Positions 38,049-48,085 of a DNA stretch of 64,000 nt are shown piece after piece (the first letter of the stretch is position 1; the number at the start of each line of letters is the position of its first letter). Source of the DNA: Candidatus Brocadiia bacterium (GTDB lineage Bacteria > Planctomycetota > Brocadiia > CAIUPP01). Under the pieces are notes generated by a model, which saw nothing but the letters and a program-made list of their open reading frames with translations, searched no databases and was not told the DNA's origin. Both the position numbers and the translations under genes were made by a program. The stretch lies in contig JBKQWE010000064.1 of NCBI GenBank assembly GCA_052139675.1, forward strand, positions 4,653-68,652, written 5' to 3'.

Positions 38049-38885
38049 TCACTGCGCGCTGACCGCGTCCACCACCGCGATCCACTGGCCCGCAGGCGAC
38101 CGCTGCGCGTCCACGTGGTGCATTCCCTCGGAGTTCCAGCCGCTTCCCGAGGCTGTGACCACGGGCGCCTCCAGCACCTCCTCCGCGTACGTCGTGGCGC
38201 TGATATCGGTGATCCGGCACGCGCGCACGGCTCGCCCGTAAGTCGGGTAACAGTCCTGCCCCAACCGGTAGAGAGTCCCGTCGAGCACGAAGGGCCGTCC
38301 GGCGGGCCGGGCGCTCCGCAAATCCTTCTTCACGATCGGGCTCAGCGGGTGCAGCTTCCAGGGCCCTTTGAAATCGGGAGCGGAGAACAGCCGCAGTGTG
38401 TCGTCTCCGGCCAGCGACGTGAACAGCCACCACAGGCCCTTGTGGTGCGCCAGCGTCGGGCTTCTGAACGGCACGTCGCCCTCTAAAAGGCTTCCCACGC
38501 ACTTCCACTCGTCCGGAAACGCCGTCGCCTGGTACATCCGGAGCGACGTCTCCGTGTGCGCTTCTGGAATCAAGTAGTACTCGTTGCGCCATTCGAAGAC
38601 GAATGGGTACGATTGCACGAATGGCTCGCGGATGACGGTCCGCCGGAATTTCCACTTCACGCCGTCGCTGCTTTCCGCCAGAGCGATGCCGCCCTTGTCG
38701 GATTTCAGGTCCTTGGCCGTGAAGAACACGTAGTACCGCTTATCCTTGATCACCATGAAGGGGTGTGCGACCGCATCCACCTTCATATCCGTGACATCCG
38801 CAGGCGTCAGCACCGGGTTGGCCGCTTTCGGGGCCGGCCGCAACGCGAGCGGGGATTCTCCAGCGTAGATGCCGATGGCCCACAT
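38049..38885 (-). CDS. Five-bladed beta-propeller GH43/GH32-like protein (GINT1 N-terminal-like)
   Basis: WAIGIY.G, NPVLT, AHPFM, SYPFVF....YYLIPE, RPAGR, GMHHVD. Confidence 0.65.
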   Translation of the reverse strand: MWAIGIYAGESPLALRPAPKAANPVLTPADVTDMKVDAVAHPFMVIKDKRYYVFFTAKDLKSDKGGIALAESSDGVKWKFRRTVIREPFVQSYPFVFEWRNEYYLIPEAHTETSLRMYQATAFPDEWKCVGSLLEGDVPFRSPTLAHHKGLWWLFTSLAGDDTLRLFSAPDFKGPWKLHPLSPIVKKDLRSARPAGRPFVLDGTLYRLGQDCYPTYGRAVRACRITDISATTYAEEVLEAPVVTASGSGWNSEGMHHVDAQRSPAGQWIAVVDAVSAQ

Positions 38886-38915
38886 ATCCGTGATTCCTTA
38901 TAATCAGGAAAACCG

Positions 38916-39395
38916 TCATTTGTCGCCCAGTTCCGCCTTTTTCTTCGCGATCATGTCCTGCAGCTCACCCATGTGCTCCTGGACCCGCTGCTGGCCGATG
39001 GCGCCCCCTTTGGTCATCAGCGCGGGAAGGCGCAGGGCCAATTTCTGGCCGGTGGGCGTCTTGTAGAAGGCGGTGATATCCATGAGTTCCACGGTTGTGA
39101 ACTCGTCCATATAAACTTTGGCCATTCCGTCCTTGATGCCGTCCCAGCCCATGTACTTGCGAAGAAAATCCTGCATCACCGAGCGGTAGGGCGCAAGCTC
39201 CGGGTTCGTCTTTATTTGCATTTCCACCGAAGCATCTATGACTTGCGCGCACGTCTTGTCCATTTGCATCGTCTGGAGCAGTTCCATCGCGGCAGCGAGA
39301 TGCTCCTTGGCCTTGGATTCCTCCTCGGCGAATACCGGCTTGCTGCCCGCCCCCAACAGGCACGCCAGCAAGAGGGTCGTCAGTGCGTAACGCAT
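38916..39395 (-). CDS. DUF2059 domain protein
   Basis: Signal peptide; Y...FT..EL..I.AFYKTPTGQK. Confidence 0.85.
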   Translation of the reverse strand: MRYALTTLLLACLLGAGSKPVFAEEESKAKEHLAAAMELLQTMQMDKTCAQVIDASVEMQIKTNPELAPYRSVMQDFLRKYMGWDGIKDGMAKVYMDEFTTVELMDITAFYKTPTGQKLALRLPALMTKGGAIGQQRVQEHMGELQDMIAKKKAELGDK

Positions 39396-39674
39396 GCGAG
39401 GTCTCCTTACCGGGATTTTCCAGGTGGCTGCACTCTACACGACCTGCCGCAGGCAGGCCATCCACATGGCGGGCAGCCATCAAACGTCGAATTGTGACCG
39501 TTGGGCTGCCGCTTGTCAATTCAATTACAGTGACAAAGCTGAGGTCATGCGCGCATTCCGGACGAAGCTTGACACGCCGTCGCGCGGGCGGATAATAGTA
39601 AGAGGCGCAGGGGCGCAGCGGAGCGATTGGGATCGCCGCCGCCACGGGCAAATCCGAACTCGGGAGGAGCCGCC

Positions 39675-40334
39675 ATGAAATTCCATCTGTTTTCCGCGTG
39701 GGCGCTTGCGGCGGGCGTCGTTCTGGGCGCGATCGCGCTCGCCGACGACGCCAAACCCGCGATGACCTTCGACGAACTGTGGGCAAATTACAGCCAGACG
39801 GCTTACCGCGAGTTGATCGGCAAGGTGGACAAGATGACGCGCGAGGAACTCGAAGCGGCGACCACCCAGATCGCCGCGCGCATCCTGGCGCCTCACAAAG
39901 ACATCCTGCACGCGGAGGCGGCCCGGCAGATCGCCGCTCTTCCCTCGTTCAACCTCGGCGACCTGTTGAACTGGGAGTCGGTGCTGAGCGCCGACCAGGA
40001 CGTGGTGACGCCGCTCCAGAACAAGATGAACGCTGCGCCGGGCGCCGCGAAGATCCGCGGCTTCTGGAACCCCGTCTACACGATCCGCCTGGTCCATTCC
40101 AGCGCGTGCCAGTTGAACAACCTGGGCATGGGCCCGGTCGCCCTCGTAGCCGCCGTCGGCGCGCCCGTACGCGCCATCAGCCGCGACCCGGACAAGCCGG
40201 CCCTCGCGATGCTCCTCGGCGATGAAGTCTTCGTGGCGCACTTCGAGTACATCAGCGAGGGCTACTACGAAGTGCGGCAGGTCGAATGGCTCAGGCCCAG
40301 AACCGTGAAGCCGCCGGAAGCGCAGCCCGAATAG
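39675..40334 (+). CDS. Secreted hypothetical protein
   Basis: GGAGGAG RBS, signal peptide; TTGACA-16 nt-GATAAT upstream at 39569. Confidence 0.7.
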   Translation: MKFHLFSAWALAAGVVLGAIALADDAKPAMTFDELWANYSQTAYRELIGKVDKMTREELEAATTQIAARILAPHKDILHAEAARQIAALPSFNLGDLLNWESVLSADQDVVTPLQNKMNAAPGAAKIRGFWNPVYTIRLVHSSACQLNNLGMGPVALVAAVGAPVRAISRDPDKPALAMLLGDEVFVAHFEYISEGYYEVRQVEWLRPRTVKPPEAQPE

Positions 40335-40572
40335 CCTGCGGAGCGCAGAATGTCCGTGCTCTTCTCGCCATAATTCCCCGGTCGCCTCTCAGCACGCCGC
40401 GCCCGTCATTCGCCATCCGCCGGCCGGATTCCGCTTGACTGCCGCCGGGAAAGCGGTAGAATTTCCAAGGCCGGCTCGCAGGGCGTCAGAGCCGGCCATG
40501 GTCGGCGGGCACAATCGGCGGGGCGTCCTTCCCTGGACTGGCTTCGACGGCGACATCTTTGGAGGGAACACG

Positions 40573-41595
40573 ATGCGGTCCATAATCATCGCGCTCGGCG
40601 TCCTGGCGGTCTGCGCCTCCGTCGCTACCGCCGACGTAGTGGTCCTCAAGAACGGCGACCGGGTGACGGGGATCATCGAGTCGCTCGCCGACGGCAAGCT
40701 CCACATCAAGACCGATGCGATGGCCGAAGTCACCATAGACATGGCCAAAGTGATGACCTTCTCCACCGATGAGCCGATCGTGCTGGTGTTCAAGGACGGC
40801 ACCGTCGTTCATCAGAAAGTCGCCGCCGCGGGAGACGGCATGGTCGCGGTGCAGGCCGGCGGCCTCCTCGCGCCGCAGGACCTGGCGCTGGCCGACCTGG
40901 CCGCCGCGAACCCGCCGGAGGCCAAGGTCAAATGGACCGGGCACCTGACCTTCGGCGCGACCAAGACCACCGGCAATTCCCGCTCGACCACCGCCAGCGG
41001 CGACGCCAGCCTGGAGCGGCGCACCGAGGACGACCGCATCACCGTGAACGGCTATTACCTGTTTGCGCAATCCGAGGACCCCAGCACCAATATCGAGACC
41101 ACCACCACGGACAAATGGTTCATCGAGGTCGCGTACGACTACTTCGTCTCCAAGAAGCTCTTCGTGCTCGCGGATGTCAACTACATGAAGAACCGCATCG
41201 CGAACCTCGACGGCCGCGCGATCGGCACGCTGGGCATGGGCTATCAGTGGGTCGAATCGAAACCGATGAACTTCAACACCAATCTCAGCTTCGGCGGCAT
41301 GCACGAGTCGTATACCCATCCGGACCGGAACGACGACACCATCGTCGGGCAGATCGGCTGGCACTTCGACCGGGCGCTGACCGACACGCTGACCTTCCTG
41401 CACGATTTCCGCCTCAACCCCGACCTGGAGAAACCCAGGAACGAGGTTCTCGAGACGAGCGTGGAGCTGCGCGCGGCCCTGTATAAGGCGATCTTCGCCA
41501 GCTTCAAGGTGCTCATAGATTACGACTCGCAGCCCGCCGCCGGGCAGGAGCGCACGGACACCGCGTACATCCTCGGCGTGGGCATCAACTTCTGA
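40573..41595 (+). CDS. DUF481 (YdiY-like) outer-membrane beta-barrel
   Basis: DVVVLKNGDRVTG N-terminal domain, alternating beta strands, terminal Phe. Confidence 0.8.
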   Translation: MRSIIIALGVLAVCASVATADVVVLKNGDRVTGIIESLADGKLHIKTDAMAEVTIDMAKVMTFSTDEPIVLVFKDGTVVHQKVAAAGDGMVAVQAGGLLAPQDLALADLAAANPPEAKVKWTGHLTFGATKTTGNSRSTTASGDASLERRTEDDRITVNGYYLFAQSEDPSTNIETTTTDKWFIEVAYDYFVSKKLFVLADVNYMKNRIANLDGRAIGTLGMGYQWVESKPMNFNTNLSFGGMHESYTHPDRNDDTIVGQIGWHFDRALTDTLTFLHDFRLNPDLEKPRNEVLETSVELRAALYKAIFASFKVLIDYDSQPAAGQERTDTAYILGVGINF

Positions 41596-41645
41596 GCCGC
41601 GCATCCGGCGGGAACCGGCCCTTTGCCGGCCGCGAGGAGGCAGCC

Positions 41646-43940
41646 ATGAACTTATCGGATTCCGCCGCGCCGCGCGCCCCGCATCGCTGGAAATTCTTCC
41701 GCGCCGGCGGCGTGGACCAGGTGACGCTCGATAAGAACTCGGACCTGGCCGCGCTCAAGGACCTCGACCAGAAACTCTGGGTGGCGCTGAGCTGCCCCAC
41801 ACACGATCTCGAGTTCGATTCGAAGACGCTCGACCTGCTGGACACCGATCACGACGGCCACGTCCGCGCGCCGGAGATCATCGCCGCGGTCAACTGGATC
41901 GTCGAAGTCCTTGAGGACCCGGTCGAGATCCTCCAGGGCTCCGAGACGCTGCCCTTGTCCTCCATCCGCGCCGCTTCGCCCGAGGGAGCGCAACTGCTCG
42001 CCGCGGCCCAGCAGGTGCTCGCCAGCCTCGGCAAGCCCGACGCCACCGCGATCAGCCTCGCCGACACCACCGACACGGCCGCGATCTTCGCCAAGACGAA
42101 GTTCAACGGCGACGGCGTCATCCCGCCCGATTCGGTGGACGACGCCGCAGCCCGCGCCGTCATCGCCGACATCATCGCCTGCGTCGGCGGCGAGATGGAC
42201 CGCAGCGGCGTGCCCGGCGTCACGCAGGCCCGGCTCGACCAGTTCTCCGCCGAGCTCCAGGCCTTCTCCGACTGGCGCAGGAAAGCCGAAGACGACCCCG
42301 CGACGATCCTGCCGCTGGGCGACGCGACCGCGGAGGCGTATGAGGCGGTCAAGTCGGTCCGGTCGAAGGTGGACGACTACTTCGCGCGCTGCCGGCTGGC
42401 CGCGTTCGACAGCCGCGCCGCCGCCGCGCTCAACCGCGCCGAGTCGGAGTATCAGGCGATCGCCGCCAGGGAGCTTTCGCCGTCGGGCGGCGAAATGAGC
42501 GGATTCCCGCTCTCGCGGATTGATCCGGACCGTCCGCTGCCGCTCCTCGCGGGCGTCAACCCGGCCTGGGCGTCCGCGCTCGTCAAGCTCTATCGCCATG
42601 TCGTCGTCCCGCTGATCGCGCCCGCCACCCCGCGCCTGACGCCCGACGACTGGGCCAAGATCAACGAGAAGTTCGTCCCCTACGAGGCGTGGCTCGCCGC
42701 GCGCGCCGGCGCCCCGGTCGAGAAACTGGGCCTCGCGCGCGTCCGCGAAATTCTCGCCGGCGATTCCCGCGCCCTCCTGGCCGACGCCATCGCCAGGGAC
42801 AAATCGCTCGAAGCCACCATGAACGAGATCGTCGTCGTAGACCGCCTGGTCCGTTACCACCGCGACCTGATCGTGCTCCTGCGCAACTTCGTCTCCTTCC
42901 GCGATTTCTACAGCGGCCGCCGCAAGGCCATCTTCCAGGTCGGCACGCTTTATCTCGACGGCCGCAGTTGCGACCTCTGCGTGCGCGTTGATGACCCCGC
43001 CAAGCACGCCGCGCTCGCCGGCCTGAGCGAGACCTACCTGGCCTATTGCGAGTGCACCCGCAAGGACGTCCCCGAGAAGCTCCAGATCGCGGCGGCCTTC
43101 ACCGGCGGCGATTCCGACAACCTCATGGTCGGGCGCAACGGCATTTTCTACGACCGCCAGGGCCGGGACTGGGACGCGACGATTACGAAGATCATCGAGA
43201 AGCCGATCAGCATCTGGCAGGCAATCCTCTCGCCCTACAAACGGATCGGCCGGCTGATCGGCGATCAGATTCAGAAGGCCGCCGCGGCGCGAGAGCAGGC
43301 CGCCCAGCAGCAGGCCGCGGCCGCCGCCGCACAGCCTGGCGCGCCCGCAGCCGCTGCGCCGGCGAAGCCACCGGTTGACGTTGGCCGAATGGTGGGCATC
43401 CTCGCCGCCGTCGGCATAGCCTTGAGTGGCATCAGCACCCTCGTTATGGGGATCCTGATGGCATTCTTCAATCTTAAGTGGTGGGAGATGCCGCTGGCGA
43501 TGCTGGGCATCCTGACGGTGATCTCCGGAGCGTCAATGATCCTCGCCGCGCTGCAGTTGCGCAAGCGCAACCTCGGGCCGATCCTCGACGCGAACGGCTG
43601 GGCCGTCAACGGCCGCGTCAAGATCAACATCCCGTTCGGCGCGGCGCTCACGAAGACCGCCCGCCTGCCGAAGGGCTCCATCCGCATGCTCAAGGACCCG
43701 TACGCCGCCGCGTCGAAGACGACGAAAATCGCCCTGTGGGTCATGATCCTGGCGCTAGTCGCCGCGGCCGTCACGAGCTATATCCTGTGGACAAACGGGA
43801 CAATAAATCGCTGGTTCCACCGCCCCGAACCCCAGCACAAAGCCGCGCCCGCCGGCGCGCCGCCTGCGCCCACCGCTCCATCGCTCGCTCCCACGGAGCA
43901 TCAAGCCGCACCGCGCCCGGTATCAACTGCCGGGGCTTGA
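41646..43940 (+). CDS. Large conserved hypothetical membrane protein with EF-hand-like motif
   Basis: GAGGAGG RBS; DTDHDGHVRAPE; C-terminal TMs. Confidence 0.75.
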   Translation: MNLSDSAAPRAPHRWKFFRAGGVDQVTLDKNSDLAALKDLDQKLWVALSCPTHDLEFDSKTLDLLDTDHDGHVRAPEIIAAVNWIVEVLEDPVEILQGSETLPLSSIRAASPEGAQLLAAAQQVLASLGKPDATAISLADTTDTAAIFAKTKFNGDGVIPPDSVDDAAARAVIADIIACVGGEMDRSGVPGVTQARLDQFSAELQAFSDWRRKAEDDPATILPLGDATAEAYEAVKSVRSKVDDYFARCRLAAFDSRAAAALNRAESEYQAIAARELSPSGGEMSGFPLSRIDPDRPLPLLAGVNPAWASALVKLYRHVVVPLIAPATPRLTPDDWAKINEKFVPYEAWLAARAGAPVEKLGLARVREILAGDSRALLADAIARDKSLEATMNEIVVVDRLVRYHRDLIVLLRNFVSFRDFYSGRRKAIFQVGTLYLDGRSCDLCVRVDDPAKHAALAGLSETYLAYCECTRKDVPEKLQIAAAFTGGDSDNLMVGRNGIFYDRQGRDWDATITKIIEKPISIWQAILSPYKRIGRLIGDQIQKAAAAREQAAQQQAAAAAAQPGAPAAAAPAKPPVDVGRMVGILAAVGIALSGISTLVMGILMAFFNLKWWEMPLAMLGILTVISGASMILAALQLRKRNLGPILDANGWAVNGRVKINIPFGAALTKTARLPKGSIRMLKDPYAAASKTTKIALWVMILALVAAAVTSYILWTNGTINRWFHRPEPQHKAAPAGAPPAPTAPSLAPTEHQAAPRPVSTAGA

Positions 43941-44009
43941 TGGCGTCGGGAGTGAGTCGGCGCCCTCTGCATTTCAGCAACGAACGCCGCAGGCAAGCGT
44001 GCTCGGCCT

Positions 44010-44106
44010 CGTTGTCTTCTTCGTCCTCGTCCTCGTCGTCGTCCTCGTCCTCGAACCGCCGTTTTGAACGACCGAGGACGAGAACGAGATCGAGGACGAG
44101 GACGAG
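44010..44106. repeat. Hexamer palindromic element (TCGTCC)n/(GGACGA)n between convergent genes
   Basis: TCGTCCTCGTCCTCGTCGTCGTCCTCGTCCTCG ... CGAGGACGAGAACGAGATCGAGGACGAGGACGA. Confidence 0.85.
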
Positions 44107-44128
44107 GCGTTGTCGCCGCTGGCGGGTA

Positions 44129-46594
44129 TTACCGCCGTGGCGCGCTCGGGCTGCTGGGCGGCTGCTCCACCCTGGCCGGACTGCTGGCGGCGCGAGTTTC
44201 GCCGACGTCACGCGCGGCGGCTTCGCGGTTCAACTCGGGGGCGGCCGCGCGGAATACGGGACTTTGCGCGGCGGGCTGCCAGCCGGAGGCGGTGTGCTGC
44301 TCCCATTGAGCCGGCTGCTGGGCCGGTTCGCGAGCGGCCGCCGGCGTTTCACGTTGGCCTTCGGCCGGCTCGCGCGCGGGAGACGGGGTTTCACGCTGGA
44401 CCGCGCCCGGTTGACGCGCACGCGTGGGCGTTTCATGCGAGGGCTCGACCGACTCCGGGTTCGCAGCCGGCTCCGGCGTCGGGGCGCGGCGGTAGACTTC
44501 GCCCGTGGCGCTGACGAAGACGTTGTTCAGCCGGCTGACCTGCGCCCGGCGGTTTGCTTCCGCGGTCGCGCGGGCGGGAATTTCCGGACGCAGCTTGGCG
44601 TTGGCGCTCCAATCGAGCTTACCCGCTTTCGCAGCCGGCTGATGCTCGGCCGAAGAGAGCTGAAAAGGCGTCGTGCGGGCGGAGTACGGGTTGAACGACG
44701 CCTGCAGATAGAGCCGCGCCTTTTCCTCCTCGCCGGCGCGCGTCGGGTGCTGCCGGATCGAGACGACTCTTCCGCCCCAATGATGGTAAAGGTCCACGTG
44801 ATTGACGCCGATGCGGCTGTAGTTGAAGTGATGCCGCCATCCCCAATCGAAAGGTCCCCAATACGGCGCAAGGCATCCGCCGGCGAAGTCGTCCCCGCCG
44901 AACCCGAAGTCGAATCCCGTGTCGGCCCCGCACTCGAAGCCCGCGTCGAAACCGTACGTGCATGGCTGCGGATTCCACGCGAGGCCGACGCACGGCGGAT
45001 AGCAATAGCCGGTGCCGTAGACCACCACGCCGTCGGCCGAGGCCAGGACGCCGAGATAGCCGGGCGTGTAGCCGACGTACACGGCCTCCGGCGTGACGCC
45101 GTAGATGCGGCAGTAGGTGACGTAGTGCAGCGGGCAGGAGGGCGGAATGTCGTAGATCGCCGGCGGCACCGTCGTCGCGACCGTCCACGGTCCGAAGGCG
45201 CTCGGGGCGGTGAACCAGACGCCATTCTGCACGCAATAATAGGACGAATCGGGCGTGGACTCGATGACCGGGAGCGAAGCGTTCACCGCGTATTGCAGGG
45301 TCGGGACGCCTTGGACCGGCTGGAACTGCGGGGCGCCCTCGGCGGCGCCGTCATAGAGCAGGTTCAGCTCCGCCGGGCCGGGCGTGACGGCGGCGGTCTG
45401 CGGGATGGCGTCGGCGATGAGCGCCTCGTGCGCCTCGGGCGTGCCGGCCACGGAGGCGAGCACGTTCGCGCGCGGGTTGTCCGGCGGGATCTTGGCGAAG
45501 TCGGCCGGCAGAGCCCCCGCGGAGACGAACTGCCACGGTCCGCGGTCGAGCGAGGCCGACTTGAACCAGCGGCCGGAGATGAGCACGTAATAGTCGCCGG
45601 TCTGCTTGTCCAGGAAGATGGCGTCGTCGCTGTTCTGCGCCTGGAGTAACGTGGTGTCCGCGATCTCGATGAACTGCGGGGTTCCGTCGGTCTGAGTCAG
45701 TTCAGCGGGCCGGAGCTGGGCGATGTTCACGATCGGGATGAACTGCGGCGGCCCGTCGGTCTGGATCAGTTCGGCCGGGACGGTGCTGACGAAGAGCGCC
45801 GGGGGCGCTGCGAGCGGCGCGGCGACCGCCTGCGGCGCGATCAGGTCCACCTGGTCGCCGGCGGCCTGGCGCAACTGCGCGAGGAAGCCGGGCGGCGCGG
45901 CCAGCGGAGTCCATGGACCCGCGATCTCCGGCGCCTGGTACCAGAAGTTCAGGGCGGACAGGTAGAAGACGCCGCCGAATTTCACGATGAGCGCGCGCGT
46001 GTTGATGACACGCTGGGCGTCGTCAAAGGGGCGCAGCACCGGGTCGCCGTCCACCAGCACCAGCAGCGCCGGGTGCGTGCTGAAAAAGATGCGCGGAGGG
46101 TCGTTGTCCACGGCCAGCCCGCGCTGCTTCTTGACCGCTTCCGAGACGGCGAAGCTGGCTTCGAGCCGGTCGAGCGAAATCTCCTTCGCGTGGGTCGGCA
46201 ACTGCTGGCTGAGGATCGCCAGGTATGAAACGTTCCTCTCGGGCGCGGTCGGGAAGGAGACCTTGACGACCTGGAAATCGTGGAGCGTCACCATGCGCGC
46301 CGCCTTGTCTACATCCGCCTGGGCGGTGGTCCTCACCATGCCGTAAATCGGCTCGGCGCCTTCGGCCGGCTCGACCGCGATGGCCGCGCGGAAGGTGATG
46401 GTCGTGTCGTCCCACTTCTCGATCTGCGGCTGGTACATCGTCAGAGTTTCCGCGCCCTCCTGAAAGACGCGCGGCCAGCCGAGCGGCTGAGCGGCCGGCG
46501 CGGGAGATGGCGAGCCGGCCGCGTAACCCAAGCCGCCCGCGAGGAAAGCCGAAAGCAATACTGCCGCGCGCGCCAGCGTCTTGAAGTGGCTCAC
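44129..46594 (-). CDS. Large secreted protein of unknown function
   Basis: GTG start after GGAGG, signal peptide, WPR...YQPQ, YYVLISGRWF, Pro/Ala-rich tail. Confidence 0.75.
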   Translation of the reverse strand: MSHFKTLARAAVLLSAFLAGGLGYAAGSPSPAPAAQPLGWPRVFQEGAETLTMYQPQIEKWDDTTITFRAAIAVEPAEGAEPIYGMVRTTAQADVDKAARMVTLHDFQVVKVSFPTAPERNVSYLAILSQQLPTHAKEISLDRLEASFAVSEAVKKQRGLAVDNDPPRIFFSTHPALLVLVDGDPVLRPFDDAQRVINTRALIVKFGGVFYLSALNFWYQAPEIAGPWTPLAAPPGFLAQLRQAAGDQVDLIAPQAVAAPLAAPPALFVSTVPAELIQTDGPPQFIPIVNIAQLRPAELTQTDGTPQFIEIADTTLLQAQNSDDAIFLDKQTGDYYVLISGRWFKSASLDRGPWQFVSAGALPADFAKIPPDNPRANVLASVAGTPEAHEALIADAIPQTAAVTPGPAELNLLYDGAAEGAPQFQPVQGVPTLQYAVNASLPVIESTPDSSYYCVQNGVWFTAPSAFGPWTVATTVPPAIYDIPPSCPLHYVTYCRIYGVTPEAVYVGYTPGYLGVLASADGVVVYGTGYCYPPCVGLAWNPQPCTYGFDAGFECGADTGFDFGFGGDDFAGGCLAPYWGPFDWGWRHHFNYSRIGVNHVDLYHHWGGRVVSIRQHPTRAGEEEKARLYLQASFNPYSARTTPFQLSSAEHQPAAKAGKLDWSANAKLRPEIPARATAEANRRAQVSRLNNVFVSATGEVYRRAPTPEPAANPESVEPSHETPTRARQPGAVQRETPSPAREPAEGQRETPAAAREPAQQPAQWEQHTASGWQPAAQSPVFRAAAPELNREAAARDVGETRAASSPARVEQPPSSPSAPRR

Positions 46595-46924
46595 TTCGTG
46601 TCCTCCTTTTTTATGCCGCCCGTTTTGTACCCTTGCGCCCGAAAGTATACGCTTTTTGCGCTGACTTCAGAAACGAAAACGGCAAACCCGCCGCGCGTCA
46701 GGTAGTTGACGCGATCGGGCTGCCGTAACTAACGTCAGCAGTGTGATTTAGGAATTGAGAGTTGCCACGTGCGGCTGTTCTGGTAGAATGGTGGCCTGTC
46801 GGTCGCGCTCATCGTCGGCCGGGATCGTATCCGAACCATCTTCCACCCGGGGCACTCCAGGAGGCGCAGAATGGCTACCGTCGCAAGCGCGAACTCCGAG
46901 CCGTTGATCCGCAATGACGAGACG

Positions 46925-48004
46925 ATGAAGTACCGGCCGCTGGGGCGAACCGGCCTCTCGGTCTCGGCGCTCTCGTTCGGCTGCATGCGCCTGGCGGACG
47001 ATCCGCCGCTCAACGAGAAGCTGCTCTCTCGCGCGATCGAGCTGGGTATCAACTACTTCGAGACCACGCGCTTTTATCTCGGCGGCACCTGCCAGCACCG
47101 CACCGCGCCGGGAGTCAAGGGCAAGACCGACCGCGTCATCGTCTCCGGCAAGAGCGGCCTCGGCCCCGACACCACCGCGCACTCGTTCCGCAAAGAGATC
47201 GATCTGCAGCTCGACATCCTTGGCCTTTCGCATTTCAAGTTCTACCAGGTCGGCTGGATCCAGTGGAAGAATTTTCCGTACCTGCTCAGGCGCGGCGGCG
47301 CGCTCGACGCGCTGCGCCGGGCGCAGGACGAAGGGTTGGTCCAGCACATCGGGTTCACCGGGCACGATCAGCCGGAGAACGTGATCAAGATGGCGGAGAC
47401 GGGGATCTTCGACAGCTTCACGGTGCCGTACAACATGATCAACCGCGCGTACGAGCCGGCGATCCGGCGCGCGGGCGAGCTCGGCGTCGGCGTCGTCGCG
47501 ATGACGCCGGTCGCCGGCGGCGTGCTGAGTTGTCCGTCGTCGGCCCTGCGCGAGGCGATCGGCCTGGACCTGCCCACGCCCGCGATCGCGCTGCGGTTCG
47601 TCCTCTCGAACCCGAACGTCAGCACCGCCTGCTCCGGGATGAACACGATACAGATGCTTGAGGAAAACGTCGCCTCCGTCGGCAAGTTCGAGCCGAAGGA
47701 GGAGAATTTTCAGCAGATGTGCGCCGGCCTCGACCGCCTGCGGGAGAAAGCCGGCGGACGCTTCTGCACGTTCTGCAACTACTGCGCCGGCTGCCCGGTG
47801 AAGCTCAACGTGGGCCAACTGATGGAGATCTGGCAGTACGACAAGGCGTTCCAACTCCATGACTGGGCGCGAGATGCGCTCAAGGCGCTCCCGGAAGAGG
47901 CGCGGCCCGACCGCTGCACGCTCTGCGGCGCCTGCGAGAGCAAATGCCCCAACTCGATCAACATCCGTGAGCGCATGAAGCAGTTGGTCCCCGCGGCGAC
48001 CTGA
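46925..48004 (+). CDS. Aldo/keto reductase with C-terminal 4Fe-4S dicluster
   Basis: YRPLGRTGLSVSALSFGCMRL; CTFCNYCAGCP and CTLCGACESKCP. Confidence 0.9.
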   Translation: MKYRPLGRTGLSVSALSFGCMRLADDPPLNEKLLSRAIELGINYFETTRFYLGGTCQHRTAPGVKGKTDRVIVSGKSGLGPDTTAHSFRKEIDLQLDILGLSHFKFYQVGWIQWKNFPYLLRRGGALDALRRAQDEGLVQHIGFTGHDQPENVIKMAETGIFDSFTVPYNMINRAYEPAIRRAGELGVGVVAMTPVAGGVLSCPSSALREAIGLDLPTPAIALRFVLSNPNVSTACSGMNTIQMLEENVASVGKFEPKEENFQQMCAGLDRLREKAGGRFCTFCNYCAGCPVKLNVGQLMEIWQYDKAFQLHDWARDALKALPEEARPDRCTLCGACESKCPNSINIRERMKQLVPAAT

Positions 48005-48085
48005 CCGGTTTCGCTGCGCGCGGCTCGGCGGCTTGTGCGCAGCATATCCAACGGAGAAGCTCCCGTGGGCCGCAAGGAGACGATT

